Assembly (NCBI GenBank): GCA_036265415.1
Contig: DATAPC010000085.1
Location: 9,449 to 73,448 of the forward strand
Direction of reading: 5' to 3'
DNA from: Gaiella sp.
Lineage (GTDB): Bacteria > Actinomycetota > Thermoleophilia > Gaiellales > Gaiellaceae
DNA: 64,000 nt
Part shown: positions 1 through 10,087 of the stretch, piece after piece
How positions within the stretch are numbered: position 1 is the first letter of the stretch
Layout of the letters: each line of letters starts with the position of its first letter
Made by a program: the position numbers and the translations under genes
The notes under the pieces: generated by a model
What the model saw: only the letters and a program-made list of their open reading frames with translations
The model's database searches: none
What the model was told of the DNA's origin: nothing

Positions 1-381
1 CGCGAGAAGCACCTCTTCGGCGGGGCGATGCGCCAGGCGGGGATCGTCGCGGCGGCAGGCGTCTACGCGCTCGACCACCACGTCGAGCGGCTCGCGAACG
101 ACCACGCGCGAGCCCGCCGCCTCGCCGAGGGTTGGCACGCAGCGGGCCTTCCGGTCGACCTCGACCAGGTGGAGACGAACTTCGTCCAGGTCGACGTCGG
201 CGCGCTCGGGCTCGGTCGCGACGAGGCTCTCGCACGGCTGCGGGAGGCGGGCGTCGGTCTCTCGTCGACGATCCAGCCGACCGTGATCCGGGCCGTGACG
301 CACCTCGACGTCGACGACGATGCGGTCGATCGCGCGGTCGCCCTGGCGCCCGAGGCCCTCGGAGCCGGTGTCGCCGCCTGA
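1..381 (+). CDS. ltaE: Low-specificity L-threonine aldolase, C-terminal part (5' truncated by window edge)
   Basis: FGGAMRQAGIVAAAG...RLANDHARA...VETN...IRAVTHLDV, typical of the GLY1/LtaE C-terminus. Confidence 0.88.
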   Translation, partial: REKHLFGGAMRQAGIVAAAGVYALDHHVERLANDHARARRLAEGWHAAGLPVDLDQVETNFVQVDVGALGLGRDEALARLREAGVGLSSTIQPTVIRAVTHLDVDDDAVDRAVALAPEALGAGVAA

Positions 382-472
382 CCGGCTCGTCGAGCGGCTC
401 GACCGGATCGCGGCGACCGCCCAGGCCGAGCAGCGCATGCCGGCGCTCTGCGCGGCCGTCTTCCGCGACGGG
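368..472 (+). pseudogene. N-terminal remnant of a serine hydrolase (beta-lactamase-related) gene
   Basis: GGAG plus GTG overlapping the ltaE stop; VSPPDRLVERLDRIAATAQAEQRMPALCAAVFRDG resembles a serine hydrolase N-terminus, then similarity ends before any SxxK motif. Confidence 0.5.
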
Positions 473-567
473 AACGCCTGTCGGCGTGAGGAGGTGCGGG
501 GACGCGAAGGCGACGACCCTCGACGCCGACCATCGCGCGCTCATCGAAGAAGATCTCGCGGCCGTCG

Positions 568-1164
568 TCAGGGTGCGCCGACACTCACGACGAGGTCGAT
601 CGCGGTGCCGTCGGGGAGCTGTCGGCCCGTCTCGGTCGGCCGTTGGCTCAGAACGGTCCCTGCCGGTCGCTTGGAGCGGACACGCTTGACGGTGCCGATC
701 GCGCACTTCGCCCTCGTGATCCGCGCCTTCGCGACGGCGATCGGGAAACCGACGACCCGCGGGACGAGACAGTCCGTCTCGTACGGGACGTTGACGCTCA
801 TCGAGCTGCGCCAGTTTCGGGCGCACACGTAGTGGCCGCCGGAGACGACGCAGGACGCGTCCGTGCTCGTGTACGTCTCGAAGAGCTCGCGCGCCTCGAT
901 CGTGATGGTGTGCGATCCACCTGAGAGCGGTTTCGTCGTGAAGATCGTCGCCCTGTCGGATCCGCTCCTGACGACGGATCCATCCACGGCGAGCGACCTA
1001 TTGAAGACGTTTGCGCTTTCGAGCTCCCACGCGATCGTCACGGAGTGATCGCCGTTGACCGACGCTCCCCGAATCGCCACCCCGTAGGCGCTGCCGCGAG
1101 CGCCGGCGATGTTCGGAGCGAGCAACGCCAGGAGCACCGCCACACCGAAGATCTGTCGCTTCAC
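568..1164 (-). CDS. Secreted PASTA-domain protein
   Basis: Signal peptide; C-terminal CLVPRVVG...AKARITRAKC...GTVLSQRP...IDLVVSVG PASTA pattern; GGAGGA RBS. Confidence 0.75.
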   Translation of the reverse strand: MKRQIFGVAVLLALLAPNIAGARGSAYGVAIRGASVNGDHSVTIAWELESANVFNRSLAVDGSVVRSGSDRATIFTTKPLSGGSHTITIEARELFETYTSTDASCVVSGGHYVCARNWRSSMSVNVPYETDCLVPRVVGFPIAVAKARITRAKCAIGTVKRVRSKRPAGTVLSQRPTETGRQLPDGTAIDLVVSVGAP

Positions 1165-1469
1165 CGGACGTCCTCCGCTTCGGACATCCCCGACCGCTGG
1201 CGTACGACCTGGGCTGACTGCGAGACCTTGGCGAACCCTCAGACGGCTGGTCGTTGCGACCTGTCCTGACAGGGGAGAGGGGGATGCGGTTACGGCCCGA
1301 CCAGGTGTCGGGAACCACTCACGTCACCGTCCGCCGCATCGACGGTCGTTTCCCCCGTTCGTGTTCCCCTCTCCCCGTGTTGCCCATGAATCTTCTACGA
1401 GAACGGTGTCGCAGTCAATCACCGTGCACATGGCCATCCCTTCGCTCGACACCCGGTAGCGTCGTCCCG

Positions 1470-1973
1470 ATGTCGAGGATCCTGGTGACCGGCATGTCCG
1501 GAACGGGCAAGTCGTCGGTGCTGGCGGAGCTCGGCCGACGCGGTTATCGCGTCGTGGACACCGATGATCCGGGCTGGCGCGAGTATCGCGAGTATCCGGA
1601 GCCCTCCGACGATGTGCGCCGTGGGGAGTGGCTCTGGATCGAGGAAAGGATCACGGAGCTGCTGGACTCCGATGACGGTCGCTCGCTCGTCGTTCAGGGC
1701 TGCGTGAGGAACCAGTCGAGGTTCTACGATCGTTTCGACGCGGTCGTACTGCTCAGCGCCCCTGCGGACGTGATCCTCGAGCGGATCGCGCGCCGGACGA
1801 CGAACGACTACGGGAAGACTCCCGCTGAACGCGCGATGGTCTTGGACGACCTCGCCGAGGTCGAGCCGCTGCTCAGAGCAGGCTGCACGCACGAGCTCGA
1901 TGCCAGCCGGCCGCTCGCCGACGTCGTCGCCGACGTGGTCGCGATCGTGACGCCCACGACGGCGACGTCCTAG
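1470..1973 (+). CDS. P-loop nucleotide-kinase-like protein (AAA_18 family)
   Basis: ILVTGMSGTGKSS Walker A; FDAVVLLSAP; RTTNDYGK. Confidence 0.8.
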   Translation: MSRILVTGMSGTGKSSVLAELGRRGYRVVDTDDPGWREYREYPEPSDDVRRGEWLWIEERITELLDSDDGRSLVVQGCVRNQSRFYDRFDAVVLLSAPADVILERIARRTTNDYGKTPAERAMVLDDLAEVEPLLRAGCTHELDASRPLADVVADVVAIVTPTTATS

Positions 1974-2036
1974 ACCGCCGGAGCGCCGCGCCGCTCGACG
2001 GACGTCGCGAGAGCGAACGGCCCCGCGAGGGAGGAG

Positions 2037-2068
2037 GGCGGCGCGAGGCGGAGCCGCCTCGCGCCGCC
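2037..2068. terminator. 14-bp perfect GC hairpin between convergent genes
   Basis: GGCGGCGCGAGGCG-GAGC-CGCCTCGCGCCGCC. Confidence 0.65.
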
Positions 2069-2073
2069 GTGGC

Positions 2074-2325
2074 TCAGGCCCGGACCGTCCGCTCGCGGTG
2101 GAGGCCGTCCGAGCCTGCTCGAAGCATCGCCGGCAGGACGGTGACGGCGAGGTAGAGGCCCGCCGCGCCGACGAGGACGTAGACGACCCGGCTGACCGGG
2201 TTCGTCTCGCCGAACGTGTCGCCGGTGAGCTTCGCGACGAGATCGAACTCGAAGAGGCCGACGAGACCCCAGTTCAGGGCGCCGACGATGACGAGCAGCA
2301 GTGCAACGGGATTGAGGACGCGCAT
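2074..2325 (-). CDS. DUF378 family small membrane protein
   Basis: LVIVGALNWGLVGLFEFDLVA...SRVVYVLVGAAGLY signature; AGGAGGAG RBS. Confidence 0.88.
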   Translation of the reverse strand: MRVLNPVALLLVIVGALNWGLVGLFEFDLVAKLTGDTFGETNPVSRVVYVLVGAAGLYLAVTVLPAMLRAGSDGLHRERTVRA

Positions 2326-2458
2326 CGATCTCCTCCTTCTGTATAGAGTTTGTCCGATGTATGTATAGCAACTGAAGAGTTCGTTTCGCAACCGGCTCGA
2401 CGACGACGGACGGGCCGCTCACGAAACCCTCACACGCGCCTCGTACGGTTCGCCCGCG

Positions 2459-3358
2459 ATGCGGCTCACGGCTCTCGTCGTCCTCCTTGCGGCGCTGGCC
2501 TTCGGCGCTGCATGTGTCGATTCGGTGCCTGGCCGCGCCGCGCCCGAGCGGGCGACCGAGGCCGCGGACGTCTTCGCCGGCCTCGGAACCTGGATCGACG
2601 TCTACGACACGCCGGTCTACCGCGCGCCGAACGCCGTCGCCTCGCGGCTCGCCGCGCGCGGCGTCCGGACGGCATGGATCGAGACCGCGAACGACCGCTC
2701 GCAGGTGGACGTCGTCGAGGCGCCCGGACTTGCCCGACTCGTGGACGCGCTGCATGCGCGTGGCATCCGCGTCGTCGGCTGGTATCTCCCCGGGCACCAG
2801 AACCAGACCCTCGACGTCAGGCGGACGCGAGCGCTCCTCTCGTTCCGCACGCCGCAGGGCGGAGCTTTCGACGGCGTCGCGCTGGACATCGAGGCGCTCC
2901 GCGTCAAGGACGTGAGGAAGCGGACTGCGCGGATGCTCTCACTGCTGGCCACGCTCCGCTCCGAAGGCGGGTCCATGCCGGTCGCGGCGATCACGTATCC
3001 GCCACGCGCCTTCGAGCGGCACCTGAGCTGGTGGCCGTCCTTTCCGTGGACGCAGATCGCCGCGCAGGTCGACGCGCTCGTGCCGATGCTCTACACGGGG
3101 GGAGGCTTCAAGGGGTACGACGCGACGTACGGCTATGTCGCCCGTTCGCTGCGGGTGCTCCGCGCCGCGGTCGGGACGGGCGTCCCGGTGCATGCGGCCG
3201 GCGGGGTCGCGAACCGGATGAGCGCCGAGGAGCTGAAGGCGTTCACCGACGCGGTGCTCGACGACGGGACGGTGACCGGCTGGAGCCTCTACGACCTCCA
3301 GACGAGCACGTCCGCCGCCTGGGCGGCGATGGCGCGGCTCACCGAGGCACTCGGCTAG
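2459..3358 (+). CDS. Secreted putative glycoside hydrolase-like (TIM-barrel) protein
   Basis: Signal/lipoprotein peptide (LAFGAAC); GIRVVGW, FDGVALDIE, LVPMLY motifs similar to GH18-like barrels. Confidence 0.6.
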   Translation: MRLTALVVLLAALAFGAACVDSVPGRAAPERATEAADVFAGLGTWIDVYDTPVYRAPNAVASRLAARGVRTAWIETANDRSQVDVVEAPGLARLVDALHARGIRVVGWYLPGHQNQTLDVRRTRALLSFRTPQGGAFDGVALDIEALRVKDVRKRTARMLSLLATLRSEGGSMPVAAITYPPRAFERHLSWWPSFPWTQIAAQVDALVPMLYTGGGFKGYDATYGYVARSLRVLRAAVGTGVPVHAAGGVANRMSAEELKAFTDAVLDDGTVTGWSLYDLQTSTSAAWAAMARLTEALG

Positions 3359-3846
3359 GCGTCCGTGGCCCAGGCCGCCCGCAGGCGGTCGCGCGTCTCG
3401 AGAAGATGCTCGGGGACGACCTTGATGTCGGCGAGCACGGGCATGAAATTCGTGTCGCCGGCCCAGCGGGGAACGACGTGCTCGTGGAGGTGCCCCGAGA
3501 TGGAGCCGCCTGCGACCTGCCCGAGGTTCCAGCCGACGTTGAACGCGTCGGGCCGGTAGACGCGGCGCAACGCGTCGAGCGACCGGGTGGTCAGGACGTG
3601 GATCTCGGCGGCCTCCGCGGCCGCCAGCTCGCCGAGCTCTCCGACGTGCCGGAGCGTCGCGACCATGAGATGGCCCGACGAGTACGGGAACTTGTTCAGG
3701 AGCACGAAGGCGTGATCGCCGCGGGCGACGAGGAGGCTGTCGTCGCCGAGCTCTCCGGCTGCCTCGGCGCAGAAGACGCAGGTCTCCTGACTTCCTGCGT
3801 TGCCGATGTACGCGAGACGCCATGGCGCCCAGATCGGCCGTGTCAC
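3355..3846 (-). CDS. HIT family hydrolase (Ap4A phosphorylase type)
   Basis: IWAPWRLAYI, CVFC, NKFPYSSGHLMV, HLHEHVVPRW histidine triad. Confidence 0.93.
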   Translation of the reverse strand: MTRPIWAPWRLAYIGNAGSQETCVFCAEAAGELGDDSLLVARGDHAFVLLNKFPYSSGHLMVATLRHVGELGELAAAEAAEIHVLTTRSLDALRRVYRPDAFNVGWNLGQVAGGSISGHLHEHVVPRWAGDTNFMPVLADIKVVPEHLLETRDRLRAAWATDA

Positions 3847-5063
3847 TCGTGGGCCCTCGCAGCTTCCATCGCCGCCGGGACGTGGCCGTGTGCGAGCTCC
3901 TGGCGGACCCGCTCCCGGGCGGCGGCGAACCGCGTCACCTCGTAGACGATCAGGAGACAGACGAGCAGGAGAACGAGCCCGAGCGTGACGATCGCCGGTA
4001 CCGCCACGGCCACGGGGTACAGGAGGAGGCAGGCGATGGCCGTCAGTGAACGCTGTCGGCTGAGCGAATGCACCTGACGCCAGCGGAACGCGACATGCCC
4101 GAGGAGGTACATCGCGACGCCGCCGACGAGCGCGGCGGCGGGCACGGACTCGAGCGGATCCCCGACGTGCTCGATCGTCTTCTTGAGGCCGAACGCGGCC
4201 AGCACGATGCCGGCGACGAGCGGGAAGTGGATGAGCGAGTACGAGTCGCGCGCGAGCTCGTTTTGCTCCTTGCCCGGTCGCGCCTGCAACAGCCGCTTCT
4301 GGCCCAGCCAGACGATCACGTCGAAGTAGAGCCACCACAGCGCGGCCGCGAGCGCGACGCCGAGGGCGGCTGCCGCGATCACGCCCCCGTCGACGATCTC
4401 GTTCGCGCCGACCCCGATCGCGACGATGGACTCGCCGAGTGCGATGATCACGATCAGCCCGTACCGCTCCGCGAAGTGCGCGGGCATCAGCTTCCACCCC
4501 TCGGCGAAGAAGAGAAACGGGATGCCGACGTCGAGGGCGATCGCCGCGGCCCACAGGGCGCCCTGCACGAGGCCGTCGGTGGACGACGCCGCCGCGAGGA
4601 GCGCGACGCTGATCGCGGTGCTTCCGGCGAGGCCCGTCACCGAGCGGCGGAGGCCGGGGTCGTCACGGCTCGCGATCGTGAAGAGCCAGATGTGCGCGAT
4701 CCGGACGAGGCCGTAGGCGCAGGCGAAGACGAGCGCGTCGTCACCGAAGGCGTGCGGCACAGCGAGCGCAGCCACCAGAAACGCCGCCATCGCGGCGAAG
4801 ATCGCGATCCGCACGGCCCCCTCCTCCGGATCGACGACGCTCGTGAGCCACGCGTAGCCACCCCAGGACCACCACAGCACCACCAGCACGAACAGCGCCT
4901 GGACGAGGCCTTCCCACGTCGGTGTGTCCGCCATCAGCGCTGTGCACTGCGTCAGCGCGAGCACGAAGACGAGGTCGAAGAACAGCTCGAGCGCCGTGAC
5001 ACGCTCCTCTTGCCGCCGCACGGCGGTGAGCCGCCGGGTCCGGGCCTCCGCCTGCGCCTCCAC
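3843..5063 (-). CDS. ltrA: Low temperature requirement protein A family membrane protein
   Basis: [13 protein letters not shown] and [19 protein letters not shown] motifs. Confidence 0.92.
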   Translation of the reverse strand: MEAQAEARTRRLTAVRRQEERVTALELFFDLVFVLALTQCTALMADTPTWEGLVQALFVLVVLWWSWGGYAWLTSVVDPEEGAVRIAIFAAMAAFLVAALAVPHAFGDDALVFACAYGLVRIAHIWLFTIASRDDPGLRRSVTGLAGSTAISVALLAAASSTDGLVQGALWAAAIALDVGIPFLFFAEGWKLMPAHFAERYGLIVIIALGESIVAIGVGANEIVDGGVIAAAALGVALAAALWWLYFDVIVWLGQKRLLQARPGKEQNELARDSYSLIHFPLVAGIVLAAFGLKKTIEHVGDPLESVPAAALVGGVAMYLLGHVAFRWRQVHSLSRQRSLTAIACLLLYPVAVAVPAIVTLGLVLLLVCLLIVYEVTRFAAARERVRQELAHGHVPAAMEAARAHE

Positions 5064-5139
5064 GGCTCGATCCTCGCACAGCGGTGCCCGACGGCACTAT
5101 GCTCGGCCGGCTGCGGCGGTGACCCGGAGGGTGGAGGGC

Positions 5140-5706
5140 GTGCCGTACACGTTCGTCGAGAGCCCGAACAAGACCGCGGCGACGGGCCGCGCGATCGACG
5201 TGGTGGTGATGCACACGATGGAGGTGGCCGAGCGTCCCGACGCAGCGGTGATCTGCGCCCGCTGGTTCGCGTCGCCGGTATCGAGGGTCTCGGCCCACTA
5301 CTGCGTCGATGCGCGCCAGGTGATCTCGTGTGTACGGGAGAAGGACGTCGCCTGGCATGCCCGCGGCGGCAACACGGACTCGATCGGCGTCGAGCTCGCC
5401 GGATACGCGCATCAGACGACCGCCGAATGGAACGACGCGTACTCGTCCGCCCTGCTGGCGCGAGCAGCGACTCTCGTGGCGGACGTGTGCCTCAGGCGTC
5501 GCATTCCGGTGCGCTGGCTCGTTGCCGGCGACCTCGCCGCCGGCCGCCGCGGCATCACGGGACACGCGGAGGTCAGCGCTGCCTATGGGAAGAGCGACCA
5601 CTGGGACCCCGGCCCCGGGTTCCCGGTCGAGAGCTTCCTCGACCGCGCCAGGCGCGCGCAGCAGGCTGCGTCAGCGAAGCCCGGCTCGGCGGTACGGGCG
5701 AGCTAG
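5140..5706 (+). CDS. N-acetylmuramoyl-L-alanine amidase (Amidase_2)
   Basis: [43 protein letters not shown] zinc-ligand motifs; start uncertain (5119/5131/5140). Confidence 0.9.
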   Translation: MPYTFVESPNKTAATGRAIDVVVMHTMEVAERPDAAVICARWFASPVSRVSAHYCVDARQVISCVREKDVAWHARGGNTDSIGVELAGYAHQTTAEWNDAYSSALLARAATLVADVCLRRRIPVRWLVAGDLAAGRRGITGHAEVSAAYGKSDHWDPGPGFPVESFLDRARRAQQAASAKPGSAVRAS

Positions 5707-6773
5707 CGTGCGAGCGTGACCTTGGCGAGGCCGTGCGGCGCGTCCGCGTCGAGTCCCCGGGCGCGCGCGAGTGCCCACGCGAAGAGCTGGCCGGGGACGA
5801 CCGAGAGAAGGGGAGAGAGCAGGGCGAGCCGCGGGGTGGGGACAGGAACGCGGTAGGCGGCGCCGTCGATCCGGTCCGCCGCCGTGCCGCTCGCGACGAG
5901 CGTGGCGCCCATCTCCCTCGCACGCGCCGCAGCCTCCTGGACCGGCGCCAGTGTCCCGTCGCTCGACGCGATCGCCCAGACGGGGAACAACGGGTCGAGC
6001 GCCGCGACGGGGCCGTGGGCCATGTCCGTCGCCGTGAGCGGCTCCGCGGCGATCCGGCACGTCTCGAGAAGCTTGAGGGCGATCTCGCGCGCGGTCGCGT
6101 ACTCGACGCCGCGACCGATGACGAACATCCGCCCCGTGTACGAGAACGGGAGGGCGAGCGCCGCTGTGGCGCGCTCGAGCTGCGGGAGAGTGTCCTCGGC
6201 GAGGTCCGCGACCTCGCGGATTCCGTCGGCGACCTCGTGGCCGCGTCGCGCGACATGGCCGGCGAGCAGCGCGAGCGCTGCGAGCGTGTTGACATAGGTC
6301 TTCGTCGCCGCCACCGCGAGCTCCGGCTCGGTGGCGAGGGGGATGACCGCGTCGGCGGCACGGGCGAGATCCGAGGCGACGTCGTTCGTGACGGCGATCG
6401 TGAACGCACCCGTCGCCCGCGCCCCGCGCAGGTACTCGACGACGTCCGGGGTACGGCCGGACTGGGAGAGCCCGATCACCGTGGACGCCGACATGTCGAG
6501 CGGCGTCCCGTAGTGGACTGTCAACGTGATCGAGTCGCGCATCGCCGTCCAGCGCGGGAGCAGCCCGAACGCGTAGACGCCGAACGATGCGGCGTTGTCC
6601 GACGATCCATGGCCGACGAAGCGGACGAGGCGGAGGTCGCGCTCGCGGACTACCGACGCGACGCGCGCGATCTCGGCGTCATACCCGAGTAGCCGCCGCA
6701 GCGCCGCCGGCTGCTCGCGGATCTCCGCGAGAAAGCGGGTCCCCGGCTCCGGCCCGTCCTCAGCCTGCGACAC
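5703..6773 (-). CDS. Double-SIS-domain glucosamine-6-phosphate deaminase/isomerase (NagB-II-like)
   Basis: [45 protein letters not shown]; lacks a glutaminase domain; follows nagA. Confidence 0.85.
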   Translation of the reverse strand: MSQAEDGPEPGTRFLAEIREQPAALRRLLGYDAEIARVASVVRERDLRLVRFVGHGSSDNAASFGVYAFGLLPRWTAMRDSITLTVHYGTPLDMSASTVIGLSQSGRTPDVVEYLRGARATGAFTIAVTNDVASDLARAADAVIPLATEPELAVAATKTYVNTLAALALLAGHVARRGHEVADGIREVADLAEDTLPQLERATAALALPFSYTGRMFVIGRGVEYATAREIALKLLETCRIAAEPLTATDMAHGPVAALDPLFPVWAIASSDGTLAPVQEAAARAREMGATLVASGTAADRIDGAAYRVPVPTPRLALLSPLLSVVPGQLFAWALARARGLDADAPHGLAKVTLAR

Positions 6774-7848
6774 GGGTCTCTCCTGCGACGAGCGTGCGGA
6801 CGACGTGCAGGGCGTCGTCGAGGACGACGACGTCGGCGGTGCCACCGACCACGAGCCGCCCGAGCTCGGGGGCTCCGAGCACCTTCGCAGGGACGCTCGT
6901 CGCGGCCCCGAGCGCGCCTTCGAGCGGCACGTCGAGGGCCACGAGGTTCCGCACGGCCTCGTCCATGGTGAGTGCGCTGCCCGCGAGCATGCCGTCCTCG
7001 CTGCGTACCACGTCGTCCGCGACGACGATCTCGATCTCACCGAGCGCGTACGTCCCGTCGCCGAGACCGGCGCCGGCGATCGCGTCCGTGACGAGCGACA
7101 GCCGGCCGGCGGCGGCCCGCCACAGGAGCCGCACGATGTCGGGGTCGAGATGAACGCCGTCGACGATCGCCTGCACCACGACGTCCGGACGGGAGAGCGC
7201 AGCCCCGACGACGCCGGGATCCCGGTGCGCGAGCGGTCGCATCGCGTTGAACACGTGGGTCACGGCCCGAACGCCGCGGTCGAAGGCGGCGTGCGCCTGG
7301 GCCGCGGTCGCGTCCGTGTGGCCGAGCGAGACGACGACGCCACGCGCGTGGAGGAGGTCGATGAGCTCGAGCGCGCCGGGCAGCTCCGGGGCGAGCGTCA
7401 TCAGCCGCACGGGGCCCGCGTCGAGCAGGCGCTCCAGCAGCGGCGGGTCCGGGTCGCGGCGGGCGTCGCGGCGGTGAGTCCCGAGGCGGGTGGGGGAGAG
7501 GAACGGCCCCTCGAGGTGGACACCGAGGATCCGAGGCCCGGGAACGGCGTCCGGCACCGCCTCGAGCGCGCAGACGACGTCTGCTTCCGCGGACGTGATC
7601 AGCGTCGGGAGGTAGGCCGTGACTCCGGTCTCGAGCAGTGCCTCGCCGGCGGCTCGGAACCCGTCGGCGTCGGCGCCGAGGAAGTCGACGCCCGCGAAGC
7701 CGTTCACCTGCAGGTCGACGAACCCCGGCGCGGCGATCCCGCGGCCGACCCCGTCGAGCCCGATTGCGGTGACACGACCGTCGTCGACGGAGACGTCGCC
7801 GGGCATGAGCCTCCCGTCGACGTACGCCGCCTCGACGCCGAGCCTCAC
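6760..7848 (-). CDS. nagA: N-acetylglucosamine-6-phosphate deacetylase
   Basis: PGFVDLQVNG, HLEGPFLS, TLAPE, GHTDA, THVFNAM, LVTDA, LAGSALTM. Confidence 0.95.
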   Translation of the reverse strand: MRLGVEAAYVDGRLMPGDVSVDDGRVTAIGLDGVGRGIAAPGFVDLQVNGFAGVDFLGADADGFRAAGEALLETGVTAYLPTLITSAEADVVCALEAVPDAVPGPRILGVHLEGPFLSPTRLGTHRRDARRDPDPPLLERLLDAGPVRLMTLAPELPGALELIDLLHARGVVVSLGHTDATAAQAHAAFDRGVRAVTHVFNAMRPLAHRDPGVVGAALSRPDVVVQAIVDGVHLDPDIVRLLWRAAAGRLSLVTDAIAGAGLGDGTYALGEIEIVVADDVVRSEDGMLAGSALTMDEAVRNLVALDVPLEGALGAATSVPAKVLGAPELGRLVVGGTADVVVLDDALHVVRTLVAGETRVAG

Positions 7849-8759
7849 GGCTCGAGCGCCCGGCGGACGACGCCGCCGGCCCCGTCGAGGCGGGCACGGG
7901 CCGTCCGGGCATCGACGCCCAGCTCGAGCATCACGATCGCGACCTTGGCGTCTCCCAGCGACTCCTCGAGCGCGGCGTCGACACGACCGGCCGGTGCACC
8001 GGTGGCGTTGCGCACGATCGCGCGGACGCGCTGCCGAAGCTTCTCGTTCGTCGCGACGACGTCCACCATCAGGTTCCCGAAGGTCTTGCCCAGCCGCACC
8101 ATGGAGATCGTCGAGATGGCGTTGAGAACGAGCTTCTGCGCCGTCCCTGCCTTGAGCCGCGTCGAGCCGGCGATCAGCTCACCGCCGACGACGACGGCGA
8201 CGTCGTGGTCGGCGAGCGCCCCGAGCGGCGAGTCTTCGACGCACGTGACCGCGACGGTCAGCGAGCCCGCACGCGCCGCCTCCTCGAGGGCGCCGAGCGC
8301 ATACGGGGTGCGGCCGCTCGCGCTGATCGCGACGACCGCGTCGTCCGACGAGACGCCGAGGGAGCGCACGTCGTCGGCCGCGGCGCCCGTGTCGTCCTCC
8401 GCCTGCTCCTGCGCCACGGCGGAGGCATCGGCGCCGCCGGCGACGAGCGCGACGACGCGGCCGGGGGGAAGGCCGAACGTCGACTGGCACTCGACGGCGT
8501 CGACGAGCGCCAGCCGCCCGGAGGTGCCGGCACCGGCGTAGACGAGCCTCCCGCCGGCGGCGAGCCGCGCCGCGATCGCGTCGATCGCGATGACGAGCGC
8601 GTCGTGTGCACGTGCGACCGCGTGCGGAACCTCGGCGTCCGCCTCGTTCATCGCCGTGACGAGCTCGTCCGTGGAGCGGAGATCGAGGTTCGCGCCGGTC
8701 GGGTCCCACGCCTCGGTCGGGAGGCGGTCGAGGCCGGAGTCGTTGGGCACCGTCGTCAT
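7845..8759 (-). CDS. murQ: N-acetylmuramic acid 6-phosphate etherase
   Basis: LPTE, GAGTSGRL..DAVEC..TF, SASGRTPY, GSTRLKAGTAQKLVLN, GNLMVDV..TNEKL. Confidence 0.96.
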   Translation of the reverse strand: MTTVPNDSGLDRLPTEAWDPTGANLDLRSTDELVTAMNEADAEVPHAVARAHDALVIAIDAIAARLAAGGRLVYAGAGTSGRLALVDAVECQSTFGLPPGRVVALVAGGADASAVAQEQAEDDTGAAADDVRSLGVSSDDAVVAISASGRTPYALGALEEAARAGSLTVAVTCVEDSPLGALADHDVAVVVGGELIAGSTRLKAGTAQKLVLNAISTISMVRLGKTFGNLMVDVVATNEKLRQRVRAIVRNATGAPAGRVDAALEESLGDAKVAIVMLELGVDARTARARLDGAGGVVRRALEP

Positions 8760-8788
8760 CGGGTGCCAGTGTACGCAGGCAATGGTAG

Positions 8789-8804
8789 AGTGGTCAAGAC
8801 CAAT
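8789..8804. promoter_or_regulatory. DasR/NagR-type operator (dre) overlapping the murQ -35 element
   Basis: AGTGGTCAAGACCAAT versus dre consensus A(G/C)TGGTCTAGACCA(G/C)T; minus strand reads TTGACC-18nt-TACACT-8nt-ATG. Confidence 0.85.
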
Positions 8805-8874
8805 GTTGCGGAACGCGTGTGGAAGTGGTACAGCTCTCGCTTCCGCGGAGCATCCCGAAGAGACTACGTAGCCC

Positions 8875-10071
8875 ATGGCCACCATCGAGCTCGACCACGT
8901 CACGAAGGTCTACGACAACGGGTTCGTCGCCGCGCACGACGTCAGCCTCGCGATCGAGGACGGAGAGTTCATCGTCTTCGTGGGACCGTCCGGATGCGGG
9001 AAGTCGACGCTCCTCCGCATGATCGCCGGCCTCGAGGAGGTGACCGTGGGCACGGTCCGCATCGACGGTGAGGACGTCACGGATCTCGCACCGCGACGCC
9101 GCGACATCGCGATGGTGTTCCAGAGCTACGCGCTCTATCCGCACATGACGGTTCGGGAGAACCTCGGGTACGGGCTGAAGGTGCGGCGGGCGCCGAAGAC
9201 GGATGCCCGCAAGCGCGTCGAGGAGGTCGCTGGGCTTCTCGGTCTCACCGAGCTCCTCGACCGGAAGCCCGCGCAACTCTCGGGAGGGCAGCGCCAGCGT
9301 GTCGCGATGGGCCGCGCGATCGTGCGCGAGCCGCGCGCGTTCCTGATGGACGAGCCCCTCTCGAATCTCGACGCCAAGCTCCGCGTCGGCATGAGGGCGT
9401 CCCTCGCCGAGCTCCACGCGCGCCTCGGCGTGACGACGGTCTACGTCACGCACGACCAGACGGAGGCGATGACGCTCGGCCAGCGGGTCGCCGTCCTCCG
9501 CGACGGGCGGATCGTGCAGGTCGACGCCCCCCAGACGCTCTACGCGAAGCCCCGCAACGTCTTCGTCGCCGCCTTCATCGGCTCGCCCTCGATGAACCTG
9601 GTGGAAGCCGAGGTCGACGGCGACGTCGTCCGCTTCGGCGGCGAGGCCGTCCAGCTCGACCACGCCCGTCGGCCGCCGAACGGCCCTGTCGTCCTCGGGG
9701 TTCGCCCGGAGGCGTTCGAAGACGCGGCGTTCGCCGACCCTGCGCGGCCCCGGCTCGACGTCCAGGTGGACGTCCTCGAGCAGCTGGGTGCCGACACGCA
9801 CGCGTGCTTCCGCGTCAACGCGCGGCGACCCCAGCTCGGCCTCGGCGCGGACGGCGACGACGCGTCCCTGCTCGCCGAGGAGACGACGCTCTTCACGGCA
9901 CGTCTCGACCCCCGCTCGACGGCGCAGCAGGGCGCGTCGCTCTCGCTCGCCGTCGACCCCGCCGCGTTCCACTTCTTCGACGTCGACGACGGCTCGGCGC
10001 TCGTCACGGACTCCGAGCCGCTCACGGGCGCCGGGCAGGTTCCGGTCGGTTCGGTGGAGAAGTGGTCTTGA
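8875..10071 (+). CDS. Sugar ABC transporter ATP-binding protein (MsiK/UgpC type)
   Basis: GPSGCGKST, LSGGQRQRVAMGRA, FLMDEPLSNLDAKLR, TOBE-like C-terminus. Confidence 0.95.
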   Translation: MATIELDHVTKVYDNGFVAAHDVSLAIEDGEFIVFVGPSGCGKSTLLRMIAGLEEVTVGTVRIDGEDVTDLAPRRRDIAMVFQSYALYPHMTVRENLGYGLKVRRAPKTDARKRVEEVAGLLGLTELLDRKPAQLSGGQRQRVAMGRAIVREPRAFLMDEPLSNLDAKLRVGMRASLAELHARLGVTTVYVTHDQTEAMTLGQRVAVLRDGRIVQVDAPQTLYAKPRNVFVAAFIGSPSMNLVEAEVDGDVVRFGGEAVQLDHARRPPNGPVVLGVRPEAFEDAAFADPARPRLDVQVDVLEQLGADTHACFRVNARRPQLGLGADGDDASLLAEETTLFTARLDPRSTAQQGASLSLAVDPAAFHFFDVDDGSALVTDSEPLTGAGQVPVGSVEKWS

Positions 10072-10076
10072 TCACA
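10061..10076. promoter_or_regulatory. dre-like operator just upstream of the GntR gene (possible autoregulation)
   Basis: AGTGGTCTTGATCACA overlapping the ATPase stop codon. Confidence 0.6.
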
Positions 10077-10087
10077 AGCGAGGCGGG

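Noticed and set aside
1200-1270. Possible c-di-GMP-I riboswitch on the minus strand
   Set aside because: GCAA...GTCAGCC resemblance only; no GGCAAA/GNRA P1-P2 architecture
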